Shown here one piece after another: positions 18,559 through 27,976 of a stretch of DNA of 32,000 nt. Source of the DNA: Allobaculum fili (GTDB lineage: Bacteria; Bacillota_I; Bacilli_A; Erysipelotrichales; Erysipelotrichaceae); contig NZ_JAHDSX010000013.1 of assembly GCF_020969955.1 (NCBI RefSeq), positions 1 to 32,000 on the forward strand, read 5' to 3'. The notes under the pieces are model-generated. The model did no database searches. It worked only from the letters and a program-made list of their open reading frames with translations, and was not told the DNA's origin. Position 1 is the stretch's first letter; each line of letters opens with the position of its first letter. The position numbers were made by a program, and so were the translations under genes.

Positions 18559-21500
18559 ATGAGAAAAACAAGATGGAAAAACACCATGGCTCTGCTGGTA
18601 TCTGCCTCCATGGCCATGACGCCGGTCCTTTCGACCGCTTCGCCGATTCTGGCCAATACGCCAGAGAGTACGCAGGAAACGACGAGTCCTGCCGAAGTCA
18701 GCGATCTGCGCAAACTGGTCAATCCGGTTTTGCAGGAATATACGCCGGCCGCGCAAAGCGGAACGTGGAAACTGAGCAGTGACACCATGCTGGCGATCAG
18801 CGCCAGACAGGATCTGATTGATAACACCCAGCTTTCTGATATGGTGCGGCTGATCAGTTCGGAAATGAAAGACAAGGGATTAAGCAGCGATTTCGTACCG
18901 GTTCGCTATTTGCCGGCCGATGCCGCCGATCCAAACGGAATTCTGATCGATCTGGCTGATTCGGTGACTGAAGACTCAAGCAGTCCGGAAGCGTACCGCA
19001 TCGAAATCAGCGCAGCCGGCATTCATCTCACCGGGGCAAGTGAGAAAGCCGTACTGCATGGCCTGCACACGATTGAAGCGCTTTTGCTGCAGGGGGGCGT
19101 TCCGTATGGAACGATCGTGGACTATCCGACGATGAACGAACGGCGCATTCATGTCGACTGCGCCCGCAAATACATTTCCAAGGACTGGTTCATTCGACTG
19201 ATCCACGAAATGTCCTGGAACAAAATGAACGCGCTCCAGATGCATTTCTCCGAAAACCTCGGATTCCGCATCGAGTGCGAAACCGATCCGTCGATCGTGT
19301 CGGATCAGTATCTGACCAAAGCCGAAGTCCGTGAAATTCTTGCGGAAGCGAAAAAGTACGGCATTAATGTCATTCCGTCCTTCGACTCCCCGGGTCACGT
19401 GGACCAGATTCTGAAATCCCATCCGGAATATGGTCAGGTTTCCAGCAGCGGTTCGCATTACGCCTCCGGTCTGGACATCACCAACCCGGAAGCCATCGCC
19501 TACATCCGCTCGCTGTATGCCGAATACTGCGAACTGTTTGAAGGCTGCACCGATTTCCACATCGGCGGCGACGAATACATGGAATTTGACCGCGCGCCGT
19601 TTACGACGCAGTACCAGTCGGTACTCAACGCCTACGCCGTGGAAAAATACGGGGCAGGCTACACATGGAAAGACACGGTTTCCGGCTACATTAACGAGCT
19701 GGCGGAATTCGTTCATGAAAAAGGCTTTACGCCGCGCATCTGGAACGACGGCATTTACTATGGTCATTCCAGCGTATCCGGCCGTCAGAAAATCGAAATG
19801 CACGACTACATCGGCATCGACTTCTGGTCGCAGATGGGCTGGAACCCGTCGATCGCCAAACTGTCGGCCTTCATCGAAATGGGTCACAAGAAAATTTACA
19901 ACATCAACTCCAGCTACTTTTATTACGTACTGCGCGGTTCCAAACCGACAGATGGACGTGAGCAGCATTCCTTTGACAACCTCAACCCGGATCAGCTGAT
20001 TTACAACGAATGGACGCCGGGCAAATTCTCCGCCAATACGATCGCAGACGATTCCGAAGTGATTGCCGGTGCCGCCATCGGCATCTGGTGCGACGTGCCG
20101 GATCTGGTCGACGAAGACGTCATTATGGACGATATCCTCTCGCCAATGCGCGCCCTGGCTTCCAAGTCGTGGAATACGCAGTCCAATACGATTTTGCCGT
20201 TTGCCGAACACCAGACGCTTGAAGAAACGCTCGGTCACGGCGGCGCCTGGACGAAAGGCACCAAGCTGCCCGAAGCCCCAGCCGTTCTGCCGGCGGAAAA
20301 TCTGGGCTCCGTACTGATTCACTATCAGGATGAAAACGGACAGAAAATCGCCGAAGACCGTACGCTTTACGATACGATCGGCACTTCGTATTCGATTGAA
20401 CCGGCGGATGTGTACGGCTATCGCTGCACGCAGGAAGCCGTAACGGGAGCGTATGCCGAAGACCGCAAAGAAATTACCTTTGTTTACAGTCTGTACACCG
20501 ACTGGTCCGAACTGGATGCACTGCTGGCTCATCCCTATACACAGAGTGACGTTCTGCCCGACGGATGGAGCGCCTATAAAGACGCGCTCGATGCAGCCAG
20601 TGCGCTTAAAGCCGCCGGTCCGGCGCACCAGAGTGAAGTCGATGCGGCCTATACAGCTTTGAAGACCGCCCAGGACGAACTCGTTTCGATGAACCGCTAC
20701 GTTCTCTGGATCGAAGATCAGCATCCCGTCGAGGAAAGCAGCGTTACCCAGGGCTGGTCTGCCTACAGTGCGGCCCTCGAACAGGCCCGTACGATTCTGA
20801 ACAAAGCGGACGCAACGACCAAGGAAATCGAAGACGCAGCCGCCAGTCTGCAGGAGGCCAAAAAGGGTCTGCTTTTTGCCCAGGATCCGACCATCACGAC
20901 CACCGCGACGAAACCGCCTTATCAGACGTACGCGTATTCGCGCATGTTCGATAACAACCTCTCGACCTACGCCTGGTTTGACGGCGAACAGGTTGCGGGA
21001 GATGACATCACCTTTACTTTTGAATACCCGGTAGAACTTTCCGGAATCCGCGTCCAGTTCCCGACGGGCGACACGGAACTCGACTACATCCGCAGCGCGG
21101 ACGTCGAAGTGTCCGCCGACGGCACCACCTGGACGAAAGTGGGCGAACTCGACGGCACCGCCCGTGACGTGACGGTATCCTTTGCGGCGCAGTCCGCCAA
21201 AGCCATTCGTCTGAAAATGACGCAGTCTGTGAAGTACTGGACGAAAATCTGCGAAGTCGACTTCACCATCGCGGCACCCGAATCCGGTACCGCGCTGATC
21301 GAAAAACTTGCCGAAGGCAGCGTGTTTGATCCTTCGCTTTATACGTACGAATCGTTCTGTCCGTTAATCGAAGCCCTGAATGCCGGTCAGCAGGCGCTGA
21401 CGTCCCGTCAGTCTTCCGTGCAGGAGGAAATCGACGCCATTCAGGACGCGATTGACAATCTCGTCCCCAAAGGCAGCGTAGTGCTGAATCGCACGCTGCT

Positions 21501-21726
21501 CAAAACCGCACTCGATAAAGCCGAACGTCTTCAGAGCGACGCCAGCTTCCCGACCGCACAGACCAATGAACTGAAAACACGTGTTCTCGCGGCTAGAGGC
21601 GTCTATGAAAGTGCCGAGACGCAAGATGCAGTCGATGATGCGGCCAAAGCGCTCAATGCGTACATTCTGACGCTGCGCAAAACACCCGATGCGAACGGGC
21701 TCGAAGGGCTGAAACCCGCCAGGTAA
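18559..21726 (+). CDS. Secreted multidomain GH20 beta-N-acetylhexosaminidase (or lacto-N-biosidase-like enzyme)
   Basis: Signal peptide, then a GH20 core (RIHVDCARKY, DSPGH, HIGGDEY). A MucBP-like segment follows (VLIHYQDENGQKI...ITFVYS), then helical FIVAR/GA-like repeats and an F5/8 type C (discoidin)-like segment (FDNNLSTYAW...IRVQFP). No sorting signal is present. Confidence 0.85.
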   Translation: MRKTRWKNTMALLVSASMAMTPVLSTASPILANTPESTQETTSPAEVSDLRKLVNPVLQEYTPAAQSGTWKLSSDTMLAISARQDLIDNTQLSDMVRLISSEMKDKGLSSDFVPVRYLPADAADPNGILIDLADSVTEDSSSPEAYRIEISAAGIHLTGASEKAVLHGLHTIEALLLQGGVPYGTIVDYPTMNERRIHVDCARKYISKDWFIRLIHEMSWNKMNALQMHFSENLGFRIECETDPSIVSDQYLTKAEVREILAEAKKYGINVIPSFDSPGHVDQILKSHPEYGQVSSSGSHYASGLDITNPEAIAYIRSLYAEYCELFEGCTDFHIGGDEYMEFDRAPFTTQYQSVLNAYAVEKYGAGYTWKDTVSGYINELAEFVHEKGFTPRIWNDGIYYGHSSVSGRQKIEMHDYIGIDFWSQMGWNPSIAKLSAFIEMGHKKIYNINSSYFYYVLRGSKPTDGREQHSFDNLNPDQLIYNEWTPGKFSANTIADDSEVIAGAAIGIWCDVPDLVDEDVIMDDILSPMRALASKSWNTQSNTILPFAEHQTLEETLGHGGAWTKGTKLPEAPAVLPAENLGSVLIHYQDENGQKIAEDRTLYDTIGTSYSIEPADVYGYRCTQEAVTGAYAEDRKEITFVYSLYTDWSELDALLAHPYTQSDVLPDGWSAYKDALDAASALKAAGPAHQSEVDAAYTALKTAQDELVSMNRYVLWIEDQHPVEESSVTQGWSAYSAALEQARTILNKADATTKEIEDAAASLQEAKKGLLFAQDPTITTTATKPPYQTYAYSRMFDNNLSTYAWFDGEQVAGDDITFTFEYPVELSGIRVQFPTGDTELDYIRSADVEVSADGTTWTKVGELDGTARDVTVSFAAQSAKAIRLKMTQSVKYWTKICEVDFTIAAPESGTALIEKLAEGSVFDPSLYTYESFCPLIEALNAGQQALTSRQSSVQEEIDAIQDAIDNLVPKGSVVLNRTLLKTALDKAERLQSDASFPTAQTNELKTRVLAARGVYESAETQDAVDDAAKALNAYILTLRKTPDANGLEGLKPAR

Positions 21727-21903
21727 GCATTCGGTCGTTCAGATACAAAGTCTGAAACGAAAGCGCAAACCAGAACAATATCCAGCAGCAGAAAAAGGAC
21801 TGTCCGATCCAAATCTCAGTAAGGAGATCTGGAAGGGGCAGTCCTTTCTTCGTCTGTATGTTTGTCCAGAAATATCGTTTGTCTATCAATATTCGATATG
21901 CGG

Positions 21904-22650
21904 TTACTTGTTCGAGCCGCCAAACTGGAAGACGTACATGAGAATGCTTCCCGCAATCGCCGCGTTGAGCGATTCAAAGGTTTTCATCTCGATGTGTACG
22001 CATTTCGTGCAGGCGTGTAAAATGTCCGGACGAATGCCCTGGCCTTCGTTGCCGATAATCAGCGCGTACTGGTCAGGAATGGCGAGTTCATGCAGTTCGA
22101 CGGAATCCTGATGCAGAGCGGCGCCAAATACAGAAATATGCCGGCTTTTCAGATCTTCAATCGCTTCGGCCAGATTGCAGGTTACGACGGGCAGATGGAA
22201 AATCGCGCCCTGACTGGACTGGAGCGTTTTTGGACCGAACGGATCTGTGCAGTCGGTCGAGCAGAGAATTTCTTCGATGCCAAAGGAAAGGGCGGAGCGA
22301 ATGAGCGTGCCCATGTTGCCCGGATCCTGAATCTGATCGAGAAGAAGTACTTTTGTCGCGTGGCTGAACGTCGCATACGCCGGCTTCTTGCATAAGCCGA
22401 TGTAGCGCGCATCGCTTTTCTGCGCGGACATTTTGTTTAAAACCGGCTGACTGCAGAAAATGGTTTCGATGCCGGGCAGCGTTTCGAGATTTTCGAGCTG
22501 ATAGACTTTCAAAAGCAGGCCGGCCTGCGCCGCTTCCTGGATCATATGAAAGCCTTCGACTAAAAACTGGCCGCTCGCGTCGCGATCCTTTTTATTTTTG
22601 AGACGGACCATCGCCTTGACGGATGCATTTTGTAACGATTCAATTTTCAT
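21904..22650 (-). CDS. SpoU/TrmH-family RNA 2'-O-methyltransferase
   Basis: C-terminal SPOUT motifs are present (LLLDQIQDPGNMGTLIRSA, LIIGNEGQGI, ESLNAAIAGSILMY). I prefer the second ATG (MKIESL...), which lies 7 nt after GAGGA. The track start at 22656 is the alternative. Confidence 0.85.
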   Translation of the reverse strand: MKIESLQNASVKAMVRLKNKKDRDASGQFLVEGFHMIQEAAQAGLLLKVYQLENLETLPGIETIFCSQPVLNKMSAQKSDARYIGLCKKPAYATFSHATKVLLLDQIQDPGNMGTLIRSALSFGIEEILCSTDCTDPFGPKTLQSSQGAIFHLPVVTCNLAEAIEDLKSRHISVFGAALHQDSVELHELAIPDQYALIIGNEGQGIRPDILHACTKCVHIEMKTFESLNAAIAGSILMYVFQFGGSNK

Positions 22651-22690
22651 GTTCATTTCCTCAGAAGGACCGGCGGCTTCTGTCGAAGAT

Positions 22691-22722
22691 TTCGAGAATT
22701 CCGAGAATAAGGAATTCTCGAA
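22691..22722. repeat. Perfect 12-bp inverted repeat TTCGAGAATTCC-N8-GGAATTCTCGAA just upstream of the methyltransferase start
   Basis: Read directly from the sequence. It lies about 40 nt 5' of the minus-strand start codon, with no T-run after it on either strand. Confidence 0.6.
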
Positions 22723-23041
22723 AAAAGTACCACCCGGATCCAGATCGATTTCCCAGAAAGGGAGCGTTCAGATTCAGCCTATCAGAAACCGGCGATCAAG
22801 CAAAAAGAGGGCCTTGAAAACTGATATGGACTGAGCGATCGCTGCGAAATTTGCGGATCGAAAACCGTCCGCACGCCTGCCGGGATGAAAAGACAGAATG
22901 GCCGAAAAGAAAGCGGAAAAAGAACGTTCCCGTCTCTTTTGTCTTTCCCGCCTGTACCTTTCCCGTTTTGTCCGCGCTTTGAAAAATACGAAGATTTACG
23001 GAAAATGCTTCAAAAGACAGAGACCGTTTTTCAACGCAAAG

Positions 23042-23069
23042 TTGCACGCGTTGACATCTCTGCTACAAT
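23042..23069 (+). promoter_or_regulatory. Putative pheST promoter
   Basis: TTGCAC (23042-23047), a 16-nt spacer, then TACAAT (23064-23069). Confidence 0.5.
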
Positions 23070-23075
23070 TGTGTT

Positions 23076-23296
23076 CAGGCAAAGAGGGAAACGTGGCAGA
23101 TCCGGCACGGCATGCAGAGAGCTTCTCACTCCGGTGAAAGAGAAGCAGTCCGAGCCCCTGTGAATTCATTCCTGAGCTGGAGCGTAATGTCTCCCCGTTT
23201 CATACGGATATCATGATTTGAGTGTGTCTGTATACGGACGAAGCGAAATGGTACCGCGGCGAAAGCCGTTTTCGCGTTCGTCCGTTTTTTTATTTT
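23076..23296 (+). promoter_or_regulatory. T-box riboswitch leader, Phe specifier (UUC)
   Basis: Stem I elements AGAGAG and GGTGAAAG are present. The specifier loop reads GAA-TTC-A, with TTC at 23165-23167. The conserved T-box core is AAATGGTACCGCGG (23246-23259), where UGGU matches an ACCA acceptor end. The terminator pairs ACGGACGAAGCGAAA with TTTCGCGTTCGTCCGT and is followed by TTTTTTT. It lies directly upstream of pheS. Confidence 0.85.
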
Positions 23297-23403
23297 CTGG
23301 AAACGGACGGATCCTTTCCGGGTTTCCGTTCCATCTTTGCGAACATACATTTCGCTGCAAGCTATCCTGCCGGTTTTCGCGCCGGCTTGAGAAAGGAGAA
23401 ATC

Positions 23404-24435
23404 ATGCAGAATTTTGATGAATTGAAAAACCAGATTGCACAGGATTTCGCCAGTGCGCAGGATCTTGAAGCGCTCAGCGCGCTGCGTATTGAATACCTGG
23501 GCAAAAAAGGTCAGATTGCTTCCTTAATGAAGCAGATGAAAAGCGTACCGAAAGAGGAAAAGCCGGCATTTGGTCAGGCGGTCAACGACCTGAAAACCGA
23601 AGCCAGCGCGCTTTTTGAAGAAAAGAAACAGGCTCTGGAGCAGAAGGCGCTGGAAGCCCGTCTCGCTTCGGAAAAAATCGACCTGACGCTGCCGGGACGC
23701 AAACCGGCGTACGCCAACCTCAACCCGCTTCACCTCGTTCTTCAGGAACTCGAAGACCTCTTTATCGGTCTTGGCTATCAGGTTATTGAAGGCGACGAAC
23801 TCGTAGAAGACCTGTACTGCTTCGAGCGCGCCAACATTCCTAAGGATCACCCGGCACGTGCCATGCAGGATTCCCTGTACATCGATCCGGAACATCTGCT
23901 GCGCACCCATACGACCGCGATCCAGATGAAAGTTCTCGAAGAGCAGGCGCCAAACCCGATTAAAGTCGTCTGCCCGGGCAAGGTGTACCGCCGCGATGAC
24001 GACGATGCGACCCATTCCCACCAGTTCATGCAGATTGAAGGTCTGGTCATCGGCGAGCACGTACCGCTGTCCGATCTGAAGGGCACGCTGGAATTCGTTG
24101 CCCGCAAGATGTTCGGTCAGAACCGGGAAATCCGCTTCCGCCCGTCCTACTTCCCGTTTACCGAACCGAGCGTAGAAGTCGACGTATCCTGCCACATGTG
24201 CGGCGGCAAGGGCTGCCCGACGTGCAAGGGTACCGGCTGGATTGAAATTCTCGGTGCCGGCGAAGTTCACCCGAAAGTACTCGAAATGGCCGGCTACGAC
24301 AGCACAAAAATGAACGGATTCGCGTTTGGCATCGGCATTGAGCGTATTGCCATGCTTAAATACGGCATCGACGATATCCGTCATTTCTATACCAACGATC
24401 AGCGGTTCAATAAGAACTTCGATCGTTTTGACTAA
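23404..24435 (+). CDS. pheS: Phenylalanine--tRNA ligase alpha subunit
   Basis: An internal ATG lies 6 nt after AAAGGAGAA. Class II aaRS motifs are present (HPARAMQDS, FRPSYFPFTEPS, GFAFGIGIERIAMLKYG). Length is 343 aa. Confidence 0.95.
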   Translation: MQNFDELKNQIAQDFASAQDLEALSALRIEYLGKKGQIASLMKQMKSVPKEEKPAFGQAVNDLKTEASALFEEKKQALEQKALEARLASEKIDLTLPGRKPAYANLNPLHLVLQELEDLFIGLGYQVIEGDELVEDLYCFERANIPKDHPARAMQDSLYIDPEHLLRTHTTAIQMKVLEEQAPNPIKVVCPGKVYRRDDDDATHSHQFMQIEGLVIGEHVPLSDLKGTLEFVARKMFGQNREIRFRPSYFPFTEPSVEVDVSCHMCGGKGCPTCKGTGWIEILGAGEVHPKVLEMAGYDSTKMNGFAFGIGIERIAMLKYGIDDIRHFYTNDQRFNKNFDRFD

Positions 24436-24447
24436 GGAGGGACGACT

Positions 24448-26859
24448 ATGAAACTCTCAAGAAAATGGCTTGAACAGTATATGGATCTTGGCGATCTGAC
24501 GATGGAGCAGATTGCCGACACGATTACAGCGGCCGGCTTTGAAGTCGAAGACATTATCGAACTCTCCAATGCCACGGGTCTTGTGATTGGTGAAGTGCTC
24601 ACCTGCAAGGATCATCCGGATTCCGATCATCTGCACGTGACGACCGTCAATACGGGCGATGAAGTCCGTCCGATCGTCTGCGGCGCGCCAAACGTCGCAG
24701 CGGGACAGAAAGTCATCGTCGCGCTCCCAGGCGCGAAACTGCCCGGCGGCGAAATCAAGTCCGGCACGATTCGCGGCGAAGTGTCCGACGGCATGATCTG
24801 CTCGCTTGCGGAACTTGGCGTCGACAAGCACCTGCTCAGTCAGGAACAGCTCGAGGGCATCGAAGTGCTTCCGGCGGATGCGCCCGTAGGCAATACGGAT
24901 CCGCTTTCGTATCTGGGTCTGGACGATACAATTCTCGATATTTCCCTGACGCCAAACCGCGCGGACTGCCAGGCAATCTGGAGCATGGCCAGCGAAACCG
25001 GCGCCATCCTCAATAAAAAAGCTGCCCTTCCAGACTGCGAAGGCGCGGCCGATGCCGGAAACGATCATCCGACAAAACTCGTAATCCGTTCCGAAACCGA
25101 AAAGTGCCCGCACTTTTACGGCAAGATCATCGGCTCGGTAACGATTAAGGAATCGCCGCGCTGGATGCGCGATCTGCTTCGTGCAGCCGGCATGCATTCG
25201 ATCAACAACGTGGTCGATATTTCCAACATCGTCATGCTCGAAACCGGTCAGCCGATGCACTTCTACGACCTGGCGGCCATTTCTGCGCAGGAAATTACCG
25301 TCAAGCAGGGCCTGAACTGCGACTACACCGCGCTCGATGGCGAAACGTACAAGCTGGAAGAAGACGATCTGGTCATCACCAGCCAGGACAAGCCGATCGG
25401 CATCGCCGGCGTGATGGGCGGCGACGACTCCAAAATTGAAGACAATACGACCGGCCTGATCATCGAATGTGCTTCGTTTGACCGTGTCTGCATCCGCAAC
25501 ACTGCCAGACGTCTCTCGCTAAGCACCGAAGCGTCTCTGCGCTATCAGAAAGGTATCGAACCGCTAGCAGCCAAAAAGGCCCTCGATCGTGCGGTGGAAC
25601 TGCTGATCGAATACGCCGATGCGAAAGACATTGAAGCGACCGTGGAATACGGATCCGCCGATTTTGAAGAAAAAACGATTGCCTGCACCCTTGAACAGAT
25701 CAACAACCGTCTGGGCACCGACTTCTCGAAAGAAGAAGTGCTCGATGTTTTCGAACGTCTGAACCTGGAACCCAGCGTTGAAGATACGACGTTCACCGTT
25801 CGCGTTCCGAGCACCCGTCTCGATCTCGAAGGGCTCGCGGATCTGAGTGAAGAAGTCATCCGCATGCTTGGCTACGACCGTCTGCCGTCCACGCTGCCGA
25901 TGATGGCCATGACCGAAGGCAAGCTCAACCCGAAACAGCGTCAGCGCCGCTTCGTCAATAAAGTGCTCCTTGAAAACGGCGTACAGGATGCGATTACGTA
26001 CACCCTGATTTCTACCGCCAAAAAGGACAACGCGATTCTTTCCGCCGGCGAAGCCATTGAACTCGCGCAGCCGATGTCGGAAGAACGCCGCTACATCCGT
26101 ACGTCCATCCTGCCGTCTCTGCTCGATGCGGCCGCATGGAACAAGGCGCATGGAAACACGGACATCAATCTGTACGAAATTTCCGAACTGACGTCTTCCA
26201 AAGGCGTAGAAGAACATCTGGCCATTGTACTTGGCGGACCGCTGACGATGACCCGCTGGCTCAAGGACGTTGTTCCGGCCGACTTCTATACCCTCAAGGG
26301 TCTGATTGAAGAAATCCTGGTTCGTCTGGGCATTTCCGAAAACCGCATTTTCTTCAAGGAAAACAAAAAGGATACCGTTCATTTCCATCCCGGACGTTCG
26401 GCCGAAATTTACATCGGCAAGGATCTCATCGGTCTGATGGGTGAAATCCATCCAACGTACGGGGCAGAAACCGGCGTGAAAAAAGCGATCATCGCCGAGA
26501 TCAATCTCGATAAGATTCTGAACACCAAGAAGAGCAAAGTGAAATTCGTACCGACATCCCGCTATCCGTCCGTTACCCGCGACCTGGCGTTCGTCGTCAA
26601 ACGCGATCTGCCTGCCAGCAAGATCGTCGACGTCATCCGCCGCTGCGGCAAGCTCGGCAAGGAGTCGATTGTTCGCGATGTCGATGTCTTTGACGTGTAC
26701 GAAGGCGAACATGTAGGCGCCGATGAAAAGTCGATCGCGCTGACTATGACCTTCCAGTCCGAACACCAGACGCTCACCGATGAGCAGATCACGGAAGTGT
26801 TCAACACGATCATCGAAGCCATCCAGACCCAGTGCAAAGCCGTTCTGCGCTCCGCGTAA
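24448..26859 (+). CDS. pheT: Phenylalanine--tRNA ligase beta subunit
   Basis: It starts 12 nt after the pheS stop with an AAGGAGG RBS. It has the N-terminal tRNA-binding domain (GEVLTCKDHPDSDHLHVT), B3/4 and B5 regions and a C-terminal FDX-ACB-like end. Length is 803 aa. Confidence 0.95.
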   Translation: MKLSRKWLEQYMDLGDLTMEQIADTITAAGFEVEDIIELSNATGLVIGEVLTCKDHPDSDHLHVTTVNTGDEVRPIVCGAPNVAAGQKVIVALPGAKLPGGEIKSGTIRGEVSDGMICSLAELGVDKHLLSQEQLEGIEVLPADAPVGNTDPLSYLGLDDTILDISLTPNRADCQAIWSMASETGAILNKKAALPDCEGAADAGNDHPTKLVIRSETEKCPHFYGKIIGSVTIKESPRWMRDLLRAAGMHSINNVVDISNIVMLETGQPMHFYDLAAISAQEITVKQGLNCDYTALDGETYKLEEDDLVITSQDKPIGIAGVMGGDDSKIEDNTTGLIIECASFDRVCIRNTARRLSLSTEASLRYQKGIEPLAAKKALDRAVELLIEYADAKDIEATVEYGSADFEEKTIACTLEQINNRLGTDFSKEEVLDVFERLNLEPSVEDTTFTVRVPSTRLDLEGLADLSEEVIRMLGYDRLPSTLPMMAMTEGKLNPKQRQRRFVNKVLLENGVQDAITYTLISTAKKDNAILSAGEAIELAQPMSEERRYIRTSILPSLLDAAAWNKAHGNTDINLYEISELTSSKGVEEHLAIVLGGPLTMTRWLKDVVPADFYTLKGLIEEILVRLGISENRIFFKENKKDTVHFHPGRSAEIYIGKDLIGLMGEIHPTYGAETGVKKAIIAEINLDKILNTKKSKVKFVPTSRYPSVTRDLAFVVKRDLPASKIVDVIRRCGKLGKESIVRDVDVFDVYEGEHVGADEKSIALTMTFQSEHQTLTDEQITEVFNTIIEAIQTQCKAVLRSA

Positions 26860-26928
26860 AAACGGTTTAATCTGGAGTTTGGCGGAATCCAATTCCGCCG
26901 AAAAAGATAATTTCTGCAGCAATACACA

Positions 26929-26987
26929 GACAGCCTGCCCGGCTGCCTCAGAAAAACTTCTGAAGCAGTCCGGACAGGCTGTTTTTT
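26929..26987 (+). terminator. Intrinsic terminator of the pheST operon
   Basis: Long imperfect hairpin ACAGCCTGCCCGG...CCGGACAGGCTGT followed by TTTTTT. Confidence 0.7.
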
Positions 26988-27137
26988 ATGTGAAAGGAAG
27001 GGGAGAACCGACGCGAAAAAACAAAGGCGCGAATCGTATCCGTCCGAAAAGATCGACCGATCAAATGACCAAAATCCAGACGACAAAAAATGCGGGGCTG
27101 AAGATAAAGAAAAGCGACAGACCAGAGAAAGACGGTT

Positions 27138-27620
27138 TTAAAAGGAAGGAATGACGTCTTTTACGAAGTCCAGCGTTTCCTGCAAAACCTGACTGAACAG
27201 AGTCTGAATCTGCTTCAGATCGTCCATAGACCAGTCGGCGAAATGGGATTCGTCGAGCGCGTCCAGATCGAGAACGGCACGGAAGGCGTGATCGACAAAT
27301 AAGGGAAGCACAAGTTCCGAGCGCGTATCGCCATCGCAGGCAATGTGGCCGGAAAATTCGTGGACGTTATTGACCACGGTGATTTTTCGGGTATCGACGC
27401 AATGACCGATGACGCCATGGTGTGGAGCAATCCGCTCGCAGGCCGGCTTGCCCTGAAAGGAACCCAGATCCGCCGTACCGTCATGCATGATCCAGTACAG
27501 GCCGGACCAGTTGATGTTTTCATCGCTCCAGTAAATGGCGGCGATCATGTTGTTCAGGCGGCTTAACGGAGCCGTGTCGCCTTCGAAAACGGTTTGAAGC
27601 TGCTGCAGAAGAAGTTTCAT
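27138..27620 (-). CDS. GAF-domain protein, free methionine-(R)-sulfoxide reductase-like (YebR/MsrC family)
   Basis: The internal ATG (MKLLLQQL...) gives 160 aa, the usual family length. The signature GHIACDGDTRSELVLPLF matches the family HIACD..S.SE.V.P motif. The start coordinate comes from the ORF-track frame. Confidence 0.8.
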   Translation of the reverse strand: MKLLLQQLQTVFEGDTAPLSRLNNMIAAIYWSDENINWSGLYWIMHDGTADLGSFQGKPACERIAPHHGVIGHCVDTRKITVVNNVHEFSGHIACDGDTRSELVLPLFVDHAFRAVLDLDALDESHFADWSMDDLKQIQTLFSQVLQETLDFVKDVIPSF

Positions 27621-27976
27621 AATGACCTCTCGATCCCGAAAAGAATCAGGATAAATTGGGATAAGTATACACAAAGAAAGCTAAATCCATAGAAAGAAGA
27701 TTGAATTCCGCATGCAAGAAGCATTCGAATGGCCGGTTTCGGGAAGAATCTTCTATCTTCTTTCCCTGACCTGTAAACGAAGCGGGACTGCCGGATTTCT
27801 AAACGTATTCCATACAGACCTTGCTGAATACAGAACGCCGGACTGGACCGTTTATAAAGCCGGTGTTCGTTGCTTTTTGCCTTTCTTGCGCGCAAACTGA
27901 GAAATCGACATCAGAAATATGCAAAATACGGGAGTCAAAACCGGTAGAAAATCGAAATTTCTGATTCACTAGGAGT

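Noticed and set aside
18976-20724. A 582-aa ORF antisense to the GH20 gene. Similar long antisense ORFs lie at 25564-26922 (pheT), 30744-31850 (ffh), 17176-18264 (purA), 23524-24384 (pheS), 11970-12791 (YfhO) and 14187-14957 (AKR).
   Set aside because: Each lies entirely opposite a gene with unambiguous conserved motifs. Their translations are Arg/Gly/Val/Phe-rich with no recognisable motif, as expected for stop-poor antisense frames of codon-biased genes.
21780-21850. The hairpin AAGGACTGTCC...GGGGCAGTCCTT between the convergent GH20 and methyltransferase genes, considered as a bidirectional terminator.
   Set aside because: The loop is about 32 nt and the flanking T/A runs are weak. It is plausible but not strong enough to list as a feature.
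26881-26908. The hairpin GGCGGAAT-ccaa-ATTCCGCC right after pheT, considered as a terminator.
   Set aside because: On the plus strand it is followed by an A-run rather than a T-run, and on the minus strand the T-run lies on the wrong side. The larger hairpin plus T6 at 26929-26987 is the better terminator.
27880-27960. A TPP riboswitch upstream of the NitT/TauT-like permease, prompted by a CTGAGA element and ..ATACGGGA.
   Set aside because: The GGGGTGC/ACCC pairing, ACCTGATCTGG and the P4/P5 helix are all absent. Only scattered positions match the consensus.
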